Below are positions 44,931 to 53,511 of a DNA stretch of 54,766 nt, in pieces. Each line of letters starts with the position of its first letter. The first letter of the stretch is position 1. The notes beneath the pieces are model-generated. The model worked only from the letters and a program-made list of their open reading frames with translations, had not been told where the DNA came from and searched no databases. Made by a program: the position numbers and the translations under genes. Source of the stretch: an uncultured Clostridia bacterium (GTDB lineage Bacteria > Bacillota > Clostridia > Christensenellales > UBA1242); assembly GCA_947626175.1 (NCBI GenBank), contig CANQRE010000001.1, positions 1 through 54,766 on the forward strand, written 5' to 3'.

Positions 44931-45167
44931 TTTTTCTAAACTTAACATACATACAAACTCCTTTTTTTATCGAATTTTTTTCGATACTTCTTGACTATCA
45001 AAATGGGACAGACATATCAAAGAAATAGAAAAAAATATTGTCTTTATAATTTTTTAATTTTTGTTTGCTCGAGCAACATTTTTTTCCTTTGAGATGGATG
45101 GAGCATTTTGATACGCTCCTAAACGAAAAAAAAGATAAGGCCAAAAAGGAAAAAAGGAGTTTGTTAA

Positions 45168-45250
45168 GTTTGGGTAAATTTGGGGTTTTGTTGGGGTTTT
45201 CTTTGGGTAAACTTGTTTTTATTTTGGGTTTTGTTGGGGTAAAGTTTCTG
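45168..45250 (+). repeat. Plus-oriented G/T-rich motif block ending in copy 1 of a 28-nt perfect repeat
   Basis: GTTTGGGTAAA (45168-45178), TTTGGGTAAAC (45202-45212), and TTTGGGTTTTGTTGGGGTAAAGTTTCTG (45223-45250). Forms an imperfect inverted repeat with 44870-44945. Confidence 0.8.
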
Positions 45251-45302
45251 TTAAAGTTTTCTTATTTGTTGTAAAGTTAAGGCATCAAGACGGAGGCAAA
45301 TT

Positions 45303-45482
45303 ATGTGTAAGAAAACTGAAAAAGAAAAAGAGATCTTAACAATAGGTGCACCAAAGATTTCTGCTCTTTCAAAGAACGATTACAACACTTTTATCTCTTG
45401 TCTTGAGTTCCAAATTAGAGAGTTTTATAAGGAAAAAGAAAAGAAAGTTGAAAATAATTCTTCAACTGACAAAAAAGGATAA
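45303..45482 (+). CDS. Small hypothetical protein (59 aa, below the track cutoff)
   Basis: My own translation gives MCKKTEKEKEILTIGAPKISALSKNDYNTFISCLEFQIREFYKEKEKKVENNSSTDKKG. GGAGG RBS 7 nt upstream. Confidence 0.45.
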   Translation: MCKKTEKEKEILTIGAPKISALSKNDYNTFISCLEFQIREFYKEKEKKVENNSSTDKKG

Positions 45483-45622
45483 AAGAAGTCATATTATTCG
45501 GCATAAAATTACACTTTTCTAATTGACTTTGTGTTAAAATTTTAGTGTAAAATTTTAAAGAAAAATCCGATTTAGCTTTCCTACTAATTTTCTAATTTCA
45601 CAACTTGATTTTAGGAGGTAAT

Positions 45623-45943
45623 ATGAAAAGTTTTTCGAGTATAAGAGAAGATTTAAAAGACATAAGATATTACTATATGAGAAAAGAAGATTTTGATAAG
45701 GCTTTTTCGACTACCGGTGAAAATATCATTTTGAAAAAAGTCCATCAATATCACGAGGTCATGAAGCAAGCCTCTCCTAAATTGTATGATTTGTATATCT
45801 CGCTTTATATAAACTGCCATACACAAGAATCGCTTTCTGATAAGTTAGGCTTTACCCCTGAATATATACAAATGTTGAATAAGCAGTTATTGAAATACTT
45901 GCAATCTCAACTTATTACAAATGAACGGGAGTGTGCATCATGA
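45623..45943 (+). CDS. Sigma-70 region-4-like / DUF1492-like small transcriptional regulator
   Basis: 106 aa counted from the ATG at 45623, after TAGGAGG. The C-terminal LYDLYISLYINCHTQESLSDKLGFTPEYIQMLNKQLLKYLQ has the layout of a sigma region-4 HTH, as in phage and ICE late regulators. Confidence 0.6.
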   Translation: MKSFSSIREDLKDIRYYYMRKEDFDKAFSTTGENIILKKVHQYHEVMKQASPKLYDLYISLYINCHTQESLSDKLGFTPEYIQMLNKQLLKYLQSQLITNERECAS

Positions 45944-46185
45944 AAGAGTTAAGTAATTTGTTAAATGATGCTGTCAATGTTTACAGAACAAGAAAATATA
46001 TTGTTAAGCAAATTTTGGTAATTCGTGAAAGTCCAACAGAGCAAAATATTTTGTTTAGTGAAGATACTTTTTATAAACGAACAAAAACACGAGATAAGGA
46101 ATACAATATCATTTTCAAAGATAAAGACAACCTTGATGGCAAGCGTCTTCCTTCAACTTCATATAGTCGGCGTTATGTAAATTAA
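45940..46185 (+). CDS. Small hypothetical protein coupled to the regulator
   Basis: 81 aa counted from the ATG at 45940, which forms an ATGA overlap with the upstream stop. Confidence 0.5.
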   Translation: MKELSNLLNDAVNVYRTRKYIVKQILVIRESPTEQNILFSEDTFYKRTKTRDKEYNIIFKDKDNLDGKRLPSTSYSRRYVN

Positions 46186-46232
46186 AATTCCAGAGCTTAA
46201 TTGCTCTGGTTTTTTTGTTTCATATCAAAATT

Positions 46233-46328
46233 TTTGTTGGGATAAAGTTTGGGTTTTGTTGGGATTTTGTTTTGTTTTCTTTTGAAAAATTTGGGTTTTG
46301 TTTGGGTTTTGTTGGGGTAAAGTTTCTG
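46233..46328 (+). repeat. Second G/T-rich motif block ending in copy 2 of the 28-nt perfect repeat
   Basis: TTTGGGTTTTGTTGGGGTAAAGTTTCTG at 46301-46328 is identical to 45223-45250, preceded by GGGATAAAGTTTGGGTTTTGTTGGG. Confidence 0.8.
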
Positions 46329-46570
46329 GTAATAAAGCACAAATTTTTATATACTTTTCGTGTAATCAATGGCAAGGCAAAGAAAATGGCGAATGTCTTT
46401 TGCGTGAAATTTCGTAAAGGTGGCCACCTACACAAAACATCGCACAAGAACGAGTTGTTTTAAGAAAGCCCTTGCTTATGATTGCAAAATTACAACTTAA
46501 TATTTTTGTTTTTCGCTGGGTCATCGGCAAATACACGGACACAAAATCTTAATTAAAAAAGGAGAATAAA

Positions 46571-46831
46571 ATGGCTAAAAGTAAAAAGGAAAGACGCTGG
46601 TTAGTTCCTAACAAAAGAGCTAAAGGTTATGCTGAAGAACGCCATGCCAAAGTTCACCAAAGGGGTCAAAAAAATGGTCATGAGTTAACCCCTTTTGAAT
46701 CGGGAGTGAGAACGGGCTATCTTCAATGCCAAAGTGATCATGCTGGGCTTTACAGATTTAAGAAAGCTTTAAGCGAGGGTAAATCAAAAGCTGAAGCAAA
46801 AAGATACTCAAAGCAAATTGGTAGCAAGTAA
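46571..46831 (+). CDS. Small basic protein (possible DNA-binding/packaging protein)
   Basis: 86 aa, Lys/Arg-rich, with an AAGGAG RBS. First gene of the co-directional module. Confidence 0.55.
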   Translation: MAKSKKERRWLVPNKRAKGYAEERHAKVHQRGQKNGHELTPFESGVRTGYLQCQSDHAGLYRFKKALSEGKSKAEAKRYSKQIGSK

Positions 46832-46893
46832 AAAGGTTTGCTAACACCTAAAAAGTAAGCAAAAAATCTAATTTATTAAAAGGAAATATAAAA

Positions 46894-47307
46894 ATGGAAG
46901 AAAAGAAAACACAAAAAACTGCAAATGCAGTAGCAGAAACAAAAAATGTTCTTTATGTAGAACGCGAAAATTTTAAAGGTAATGATGGAAAAGACTATTG
47001 GGCATATATTGTCAGAGGCAATATTAGAGGTCGTGAAGTTAAAGTTGACTTCACACCAAAAGACAAAGGTGGATATGAGCCACTTGATATAGTTTTTGAT
47101 GTTTCTCCAAAAGCCGAATTGATTATGAGTGAGGAAAAAATGGTTGATTCAACAACAGGAAAAGTTACAAAATTCACTTCTTATAAAGTTTTGACTGTTG
47201 ATGAAGATGGAATTCCTTATGAATGTTCGATTAAGCCATCAAGAGATAGTGATAAAGCACTATTGAAAATGCTCATGAACTCCATCAATGTAAAAAATAA
47301 CAAATAA
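46894..47307 (+). CDS. Hypothetical protein (ssDNA-binding role possible but unsupported)
   Basis: 137 aa with an RBS. No motif I recognise. Confidence 0.5.
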   Translation: MEEKKTQKTANAVAETKNVLYVERENFKGNDGKDYWAYIVRGNIRGREVKVDFTPKDKGGYEPLDIVFDVSPKAELIMSEEKMVDSTTGKVTKFTSYKVLTVDEDGIPYECSIKPSRDSDKALLKMLMNSINVKNNK

Positions 47308-47321
47308 AAAGGAGAATTTTA

Positions 47322-48176
47322 ATGAGTTACAATTATAATTCTAAAATGGCTTGGTGGAAAATTGCGTTGATTGCCCTTGCCGTTATCCTTATTGTTGGTG
47401 CTTTGGCTAGTTTAATTACCAGCCTTGTCATTAACAGAGATGATGCACAAGAGGGTCAACTCTCCACAAAGGCTTATAGTGTTGGTGGGCTGAACGAAGA
47501 TGGGACTTATTTGGATACAAGAGGCAGCATTTACACAAAAGATCTTTTTAAGTGTGCTGACTTAAAGTGTTCTTTGGTTTTTGATCATAATATTTCTTAT
47601 AAAGTTTTCTTCTATGATGGAAATGAAAATTTTATGTCTTCAACTACTGCTTTGGCCGGCAATTACAGTGATGTTCCCTATGGTGCATCTTATTGTAGAA
47701 TAGTTATAACTCCTGATTCTGACCAAAATATTAAATGGTATGAAGTAAAGGGTTATGCTAAACAGCTGACAGTTGAATACAATTCAAACGCAAAGATAAC
47801 TCCTATAAAAAATGTGTTAAACTATGAGTGTGAAGATGGCACTGATTTTTACTATGACTATGAAACTCCACAAACGCAAAGTGGAAGTCAATATAAGGCT
47901 TCAAAACCTATTGCAGTTGAAGAATATACTAAAATTGTGATTTCTACAAAGGTAAAATGTTATATTCTTTATGGCGACAAAGATGGTCATAAATGCACCT
48001 CATATCGTATGGTTAGTGTTGGGCAAAATGACACTTATGTAGAGGGTCAAAACACTTTTGCCGATTTTAACACATATACTTTTGATATTCCAGAAGGTGC
48101 TGCATATTTCCGCGTCGTATGTTCTCAATCTGCTTATAGTTATGGTTATATTTCAGGTTTGTATCTAACTAAATAA
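47322..48176 (+). CDS. N-terminally membrane-anchored hypothetical protein
   Basis: 284 aa with an AAGGAG RBS. TM helix WWKIALIALAVILIVGALASLITSLVI is followed by a Tyr/Gly-rich, probably beta-rich, ectodomain. Confidence 0.6.
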   Translation: MSYNYNSKMAWWKIALIALAVILIVGALASLITSLVINRDDAQEGQLSTKAYSVGGLNEDGTYLDTRGSIYTKDLFKCADLKCSLVFDHNISYKVFFYDGNENFMSSTTALAGNYSDVPYGASYCRIVITPDSDQNIKWYEVKGYAKQLTVEYNSNAKITPIKNVLNYECEDGTDFYYDYETPQTQSGSQYKASKPIAVEEYTKIVISTKVKCYILYGDKDGHKCTSYRMVSVGQNDTYVEGQNTFADFNTYTFDIPEGAAYFRVVCSQSAYSYGYISGLYLTK

Positions 48177-48205
48177 TGTGCTATAATTGATTTGTAGGTG
48201 AAAAT

Positions 48206-48943
48206 ATGAAGAATTTTCTAAAAATATTTATTTTAGTTATTTTAATTTTAGGAATTATCGGTGCTGGTGGTTATTTGGGCTATCATTATTTAGGTAACAA
48301 AAAGGAAAACAATGTTGATTTTTCTTCAATGACTTATGTTGCTCTTGGTGATAGCATAACAGCAGGTAGTCGGGGTAAATTATCCGGTGTATTCTCTGGT
48401 TATATGGATGCTCCATATTGCGAACTTGTAAAGGAAGAATTGGGTTTAAAAAGCGTTAAAAATTATGGGGTTAGCAACTCTACTATTGCAAGTGGTGATG
48501 GTTATGTTTCCCCTATGGTTGAACGCTATAATGAAATGGAAGATGCTGATATTGTTTCAGTTATGGGTGGAATAAATGATTATGGCAAGCCTGTTTCTCT
48601 TGGCACAATAAGTGATACAGAAACGACAACATTTTATGGTGCTTTGAACACCCTTGCAAAAGGTTTGAAAGAGAAATATTCAAATGCTTTCATTTTCTTT
48701 ATGACTCCTTTGTCTGTTCCTAACTTTGCTCCTCTTTTGCAAAAATATTGTCAAGCCATAAAAGAGGTTTGTGCTAGATACAGTATTTTGGTTTTAGACA
48801 CAAATTCTTTATGTGATTTTTCGCAAGAATATAACGCTGATGGTTATATTGGTGATGGTGTTCATCCATCAGAGGAATTTCATAAAAAAGTGCTTGCTCC
48901 TACAATTTCTAAATTTATTAAAAACAACTATAAAGCAAAATAA
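48206..48943 (+). CDS. Membrane-anchored SGNH/GDSL hydrolase (esterase)
   Basis: 245 aa. N-terminal TM; block I VALGDSITAG, block III GGINDY, block V DGVHPS. Confidence 0.8.
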   Translation: MKNFLKIFILVILILGIIGAGGYLGYHYLGNKKENNVDFSSMTYVALGDSITAGSRGKLSGVFSGYMDAPYCELVKEELGLKSVKNYGVSNSTIASGDGYVSPMVERYNEMEDADIVSVMGGINDYGKPVSLGTISDTETTTFYGALNTLAKGLKEKYSNAFIFFMTPLSVPNFAPLLQKYCQAIKEVCARYSILVLDTNSLCDFSQEYNADGYIGDGVHPSEEFHKKVLAPTISKFIKNNYKAK

Positions 48944-48966
48944 AAATCTTAATTATAGGTGGTATT

Positions 48967-49524
48967 ATGGCAAAAAAGAAGAATAGTAAATTTGCTACAA
49001 TATTATCACTTATGGTTATATTGGTGTTGGTGGTCGGATTTGTCGGTCTTCTAATATTCTTTACCGACAACTTCGACACTGACTTAAAGCAATTTTATTT
49101 AAGATGCGGCAACGACATAATTGTTGCAAATAGAGATGATTTCTCTATAAAAATGAATCAAGAATATAAGTTTGAAGTTGGCAGTGAGTTAGAGGATTTA
49201 GTTGGTGAAACAGATTATCTTGTTTCGGTTATTCCTAACATTACTTCAACAACGGTCTTTACTTTTAAAGTTGATGATCAACCTGTTGATTTTGAAAGTG
49301 TGCAAAGCTTAACAAAAGGGTTTGACATCAATGCTTATGATGGTTATTTCACCTTTAAAGCAACAAAAGATCTAAAAGATATTTTGCAAATGTATTATGG
49401 TGGTAAAACAATAACCGAATGCCCTACCTATGTTGATAGTAACTTATCATATATTTCATTGGTGGTGCAAAGTAAGAAAAGCGAAGATTTTATAAGGATA
49501 AATTTATTGTTAAAAAGTGAGTAA
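48967..49524 (+). CDS. N-terminally membrane-anchored hypothetical protein
   Basis: 185 aa with TM helix FATILSLMVILVLVVGFVGLLIFF. Confidence 0.55.
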   Translation: MAKKKNSKFATILSLMVILVLVVGFVGLLIFFTDNFDTDLKQFYLRCGNDIIVANRDDFSIKMNQEYKFEVGSELEDLVGETDYLVSVIPNITSTTVFTFKVDDQPVDFESVQSLTKGFDINAYDGYFTFKATKDLKDILQMYYGGKTITECPTYVDSNLSYISLVVQSKKSEDFIRINLLLKSE

Positions 49525-49529
49525 TAAGT

Positions 49530-51032
49530 ATGGTAAATAAAAAAGTTAAAAGCTTTCTTTTATCTGCCATTTTACTTTTCTCTTGCTTGTTAATGACTTT
49601 GTTAAGCATACCAAACACAATGACCGTTCATGCTGCAAATATTGAAATAAATGGTGGCTACTCGGATGTGTTGGAAGATTTGCAAGACAATGAAAGTTTT
49701 AATCCTGATGAATATGAAATAGATCAAAATGATTTTTCTTTGAATTTTATAACTTTGGCTGAAAGCTCTGATCGTGAAGTATTTGTTTATGTTTACCAGC
49801 CATGCACTTCTCGAGGAATTGTCGCAACAACAATAAACCTTTCGACAGGGATTCACAAAAATTTAAGTTATAAAAACTATAAGCTTAAATTGATAAATCA
49901 AAGAGGTGTTTTTTACAAGTATTTGGTTGAAGATTTAGCTGTTAGTGATGAAGAAATTAGATATTATGAAATATCTTCAATTTATCGTAAATGGGATGGA
50001 AATTTGGATGATGCCGAAGCAGAGTCTGGAACAATTAGTGAAGTGCCTTTTGCAGTTGCGAAACAATATATTTTAAGGGGTTATGATGACAATATATCTT
50101 ACTCTTGTAATGATGTTGATGTCATAACCGTTACTGACAAATATGTTGGTTTTGTAAGATATGATGATGGTTATACCGGTAGTCCCGGAATGGGGTTTGC
50201 ATGGCATTCTCCCGGTAGTGATAGCCATTTTATAGCATTTTCTACCGACAAACCTATTGATAAATTGATGGAAGCTGATGTCTTTTATACTTCTCAATCT
50301 TATTATTGGCATAGTGGTTATTTAGGTATTGCTGGTGGTGAAAGCTATGGTGAAATACAGGAAAATTATGCTTATCCAACTTATAAAGATAGAGTTGAAC
50401 TTCAAGTTGGTCATGGCTTTGGTTACTACAAATATTCTTGGGATAGAATACAAACTGTTGATGAATTTATTGCAACAGAAGATAGAGAGTTCGTTTATAA
50501 TTGCGGTATTTTTAATGTAAGAACAGAAGTTAAAATGACTGATGAGGGCTTGCAGGATTTAAAAGGTAAAGATTGGGTAATTCGTTTTGCAGAAACTGAA
50601 TTTAGTGATTTTCGTCAATCTATGGGTGTTGGTGCTGCTTCTGGGCCTAGCGATCATATTAAAAGAAGCACTATTGTTGGTGATGTTACTATTTTGCGTT
50701 TGCAATTTGAAACTGATGGCATTGTTTACAATCTTGGTGTTGTTGATAATAAAATGACCGGTGATGGAATACCCGACAATTATACTGAAACAACTTTTGA
50801 GTTAACTTCTGCTTTCAAAACATTTATTGCAATATTGTTATTTATAGTTTTACTCTTGATCTTGTGGCCTGTATTACCATATATCTTTATGTTCTTTGGC
50901 TGGCTTTTGAAAGGATTGTGGAAAATTATCACCTTACCATTTAAGGTTTTCAAATCCTCGAAAAAAGACAAACGAGAGTCGCAACATGATTCGCAACAAG
51001 AAAAGCAAAAGACAGATAAAAAGAAAAAATGA
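49530..51032 (+). CDS. Type-I membrane protein (signal peptide, large ectodomain, C-terminal anchor, basic tail): spike/adhesin-like
   Basis: 500 aa. Signal peptide ending ...TVHA/AN, a C-terminal hydrophobic stretch of about 45 aa, then a KSSKKDKRESQ...KKKK tail. Confidence 0.65.
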   Translation: MVNKKVKSFLLSAILLFSCLLMTLLSIPNTMTVHAANIEINGGYSDVLEDLQDNESFNPDEYEIDQNDFSLNFITLAESSDREVFVYVYQPCTSRGIVATTINLSTGIHKNLSYKNYKLKLINQRGVFYKYLVEDLAVSDEEIRYYEISSIYRKWDGNLDDAEAESGTISEVPFAVAKQYILRGYDDNISYSCNDVDVITVTDKYVGFVRYDDGYTGSPGMGFAWHSPGSDSHFIAFSTDKPIDKLMEADVFYTSQSYYWHSGYLGIAGGESYGEIQENYAYPTYKDRVELQVGHGFGYYKYSWDRIQTVDEFIATEDREFVYNCGIFNVRTEVKMTDEGLQDLKGKDWVIRFAETEFSDFRQSMGVGAASGPSDHIKRSTIVGDVTILRLQFETDGIVYNLGVVDNKMTGDGIPDNYTETTFELTSAFKTFIAILLFIVLLLILWPVLPYIFMFFGWLLKGLWKIITLPFKVFKSSKKDKRESQHDSQQEKQKTDKKKK

Positions 51033-51117
51033 TTGTGATAAAGAGTGGTTTGCTTAATGGCACGCCACTCTTACACAATTTCTTTAATTTAATAAGGTAG
51101 TAAAAGGATAAGTGATT

Positions 51118-51210
51118 ATGAAAAAGTTAAAGTGTATTTTATTTATTGGTTTGGGTATGATCGTTGCTTTTGTCATTGGTTACTTTATTTTTACAATGGG
51201 TCAAGTGTAA
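51118..51210 (+). CDS. 30-aa hydrophobic micro-protein (not in the ORF track)
   Basis: My own translation gives MKKLKCILFIGLGMIVAFVIGYFIFTMGQV. AAGGA RBS. Its TAA overlaps the ATG of the next gene (TAATG). Confidence 0.45.
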   Translation: MKKLKCILFIGLGMIVAFVIGYFIFTMGQV

Positions 51211-53423
51211 TGAAAGCAAAAGTTTGGTTGAAGAAAAACTATTTTCACATTATTTGCATATTGGCTTCACTTGGTTTTATTGCGTGTGCTATATGGCTCT
51301 TTCCTGATGCTTGGTTAAGAATTAAAGAAAGTGGTGTTGATATTTGGAATTCAATCAAATACTATGTTAAGCATTTATTTCGATTGGATTTTTTTGTCGA
51401 TGTAACTGTAATCAATAATTCAAATATAAATACTTCACTTGTAAACATTCCCTCTAATTTTGAAAATTTTAAGAGTTCTTGGTCGGCTTATTGGAGTATT
51501 TTTGCCACAAAAGAGAATTTTTTTGCTTATTTAGATGCAATTTCTAGGTTTTTATTGATTTTAAGTCAAGTTTTGCTCATTGTTGTTGTTCCTTTGATTA
51601 TTCTGCTTTATATCTTTTTCAAAGTTTATTTCTCTAAACACAACAACAAATATGGAATTGACACCAAACCGTTGACATTCTATAAATGGCTAACTAGAAA
51701 AACAATAGTTCCTGTAAAAAAGTTTGTTAAAAGCTTTCTTGAGTTTATGAAAGAAAACAAAATGTATATTGCTTTATGGCTTTTAATTTGGGCATGGAAT
51801 TTTAACATTTTGACAATTTTTATAGAGTTTTTGGCATTTTACTTCTATTTTGTGATGTCTTTTGATTTCAGCTGCATTTATACACAGTTTTATAAATTGT
51901 TCTGCGATCTTTCAGTTCCTTTTTCTACTATACCACTTTTTGTTTATATCATTTTTGGTATTTGGCTTATTTGCTGGTATAGGAAAAAGATTGGCTACAA
52001 AAGACTTTGGCATTATGAAAGAAAAAACTGTGGATTTATCAATGAACGACCTATTGTTGTGATGGTTTGTGGGACAATGGGCAAAAAGAAAACAACTGCA
52101 ATAACCGACATGGCTCTTTCACAAGAAGTTATGTTAAAAGACAAGGCTTTTGAAAAAATACTTGAAAATGATTTGAAATTCCCTGCATTCCCGTTTATAC
52201 ATTTTGAAAACGCAATAAAAGATGCGATGCGTAAACACAAAATTTACAATCTTGCAACCTGCCGGCAATATGTGAGAAAGTTATCAAATATGTTCTACGC
52301 TTCATTGAATGTTGATAAATCATGTCAAAAGTCAATTAAACGCAATGTAAAAAAGTGTTTTGGCCTAACCTATGACAATTTGATATTTGATTATGATTTT
52401 GCTCGGTATGGTTTGACTTATGATGACAAATTGAAAGTTGTGGATATATGGACTGTGCTTGAAACTTATGCACAACTTTATTTCATATATATAATTCAGT
52501 CATCTTTAATTATTTCAAATTATAGTGTTAGGACGGACAATTTGCTTGATGATTTAGGCAATTTTCCTATGTGGAATACAGATTTCTTTAAGCGTGATAG
52601 TCGATTGATTGACAGCTATTCAAGACATGCCCATATAATTGATTTTGATGCTTTGAGGCTTGGTAAAAAGGTTATAGAAAATAATCCTAAAAAAGACAGC
52701 TTTGAATTTGGTGTTATCAACATAACGGAAGTTGGTAAAGAAAGAAAAAATCAACTTGAATTGAAAGAAATTAAAAGAAGTGGCGAGTCAGCGAATCAAA
52801 AGAACGATGGCTTTATTGATTGGCTTAAAATGATTAGGCACTCTGCAACTGTGGATAATTTCCCTTTTGTTAAAGTCATAACTGATGAACAGCGTCCTGA
52901 AAGTCTTGGTGCTGATGCCAGAGATTTGTGCGAAATTGTCCACATAAAAGAGTCTGGCGAGATCAAACTTGCCATGCCATTTTTTAGTCTAACGGAACTT
53001 TGTTACTCCTTCATTTTCAATAAATTTTCTGATTTGTATTATAGGTATCGTTTTGTTCGTGGTGATAACACTTTGATTATGTATCTATTTAAGGGTTTGG
53101 TTTCTAAACTTGATAGTTACTATCATGGTATTTACAACACATTTGGTTATAGTAAATTAAAAGTTGCAGTTGAGAACGGAACACAAGACGGGATTATAAA
53201 ATTACAAAACTACTATTTAATGTCAAAGAAAATTTATAGCAAAAGATTTAGCACAGACTGTTTCAGTGATTATTTTGAAAAGAAAAATTTACAGAGTAAT
53301 TTGGGTATTGATGATTTGGAAGAATATGGAACGGAAAAAGCAACTTTTGATGAGTTAAAGCAACAAAACAGTTATTTCATAAATGATTTGATAGAAAAGC
53401 AAAATACGGATAAAAACGAATAA
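51210..53423 (+). CDS. Polytopic membrane protein with a C-terminal putative P-loop NTPase domain (deviant Walker A)
   Basis: 737 aa counted from the ATG at 51210. About five N-terminal TM helices, then VVMVCGTMGKKKTT (52071-52094), i.e. GxxGKKKT rather than GxxxxGK[ST]. A hydrophobic-strand-plus-E candidate Walker B reads FGVINITEVG. Confidence 0.6.
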   Translation: MKAKVWLKKNYFHIICILASLGFIACAIWLFPDAWLRIKESGVDIWNSIKYYVKHLFRLDFFVDVTVINNSNINTSLVNIPSNFENFKSSWSAYWSIFATKENFFAYLDAISRFLLILSQVLLIVVVPLIILLYIFFKVYFSKHNNKYGIDTKPLTFYKWLTRKTIVPVKKFVKSFLEFMKENKMYIALWLLIWAWNFNILTIFIEFLAFYFYFVMSFDFSCIYTQFYKLFCDLSVPFSTIPLFVYIIFGIWLICWYRKKIGYKRLWHYERKNCGFINERPIVVMVCGTMGKKKTTAITDMALSQEVMLKDKAFEKILENDLKFPAFPFIHFENAIKDAMRKHKIYNLATCRQYVRKLSNMFYASLNVDKSCQKSIKRNVKKCFGLTYDNLIFDYDFARYGLTYDDKLKVVDIWTVLETYAQLYFIYIIQSSLIISNYSVRTDNLLDDLGNFPMWNTDFFKRDSRLIDSYSRHAHIIDFDALRLGKKVIENNPKKDSFEFGVINITEVGKERKNQLELKEIKRSGESANQKNDGFIDWLKMIRHSATVDNFPFVKVITDEQRPESLGADARDLCEIVHIKESGEIKLAMPFFSLTELCYSFIFNKFSDLYYRYRFVRGDNTLIMYLFKGLVSKLDSYYHGIYNTFGYSKLKVAVENGTQDGIIKLQNYYLMSKKIYSKRFSTDCFSDYFEKKNLQSNLGIDDLEEYGTEKATFDELKQQNSYFINDLIEKQNTDKNE

Positions 53424-53450
53424 AAACATGAAAATTTTAGTAAAACAGAG

Positions 53451-53478
53451 GCAAAAATGGGCTTTTTGCTTTTGTTTT
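53451..53478 (+). terminator. Hairpin/terminator between the NTPase gene and rep
   Basis: GCAAAAA-tgggc-TTTTTGC followed by a T-rich run. Confidence 0.5.
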
Positions 53479-53511
53479 GTGTAAAAAATTCAATTTTAGG
53501 AGTGATTTCGT

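Noticed and set aside
45065-45274. 69-aa ORF (and its twin at 46215-46463) encoding LGFVGVKFL-type peptides
   Set aside because: Both are read-throughs of the G/T-rich repeat blocks. They have non-ATG or weak starts and no RBS. Their similarity is explained by the DNA repeat rather than protein conservation.
51132-51209. Upstream extension of the 737-aa membrane protein
   Set aside because: It uses a non-ATG start and overlaps the better-supported 30-aa micro-ORF in another frame. The ATG at 51210 is coupled to that ORF's stop.
51210-53423. Calling this protein an inovirus pI/Zot morphogenesis ATPase or an FtsK/TcpA coupling protein
   Set aside because: The Walker A is deviant (GTMGKKKT). 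The domain order (TM helices first, NTPase second) is opposite to pI/Zot. I cannot see the FtsK-type motifs. Left as a generic putative membrane NTPase.
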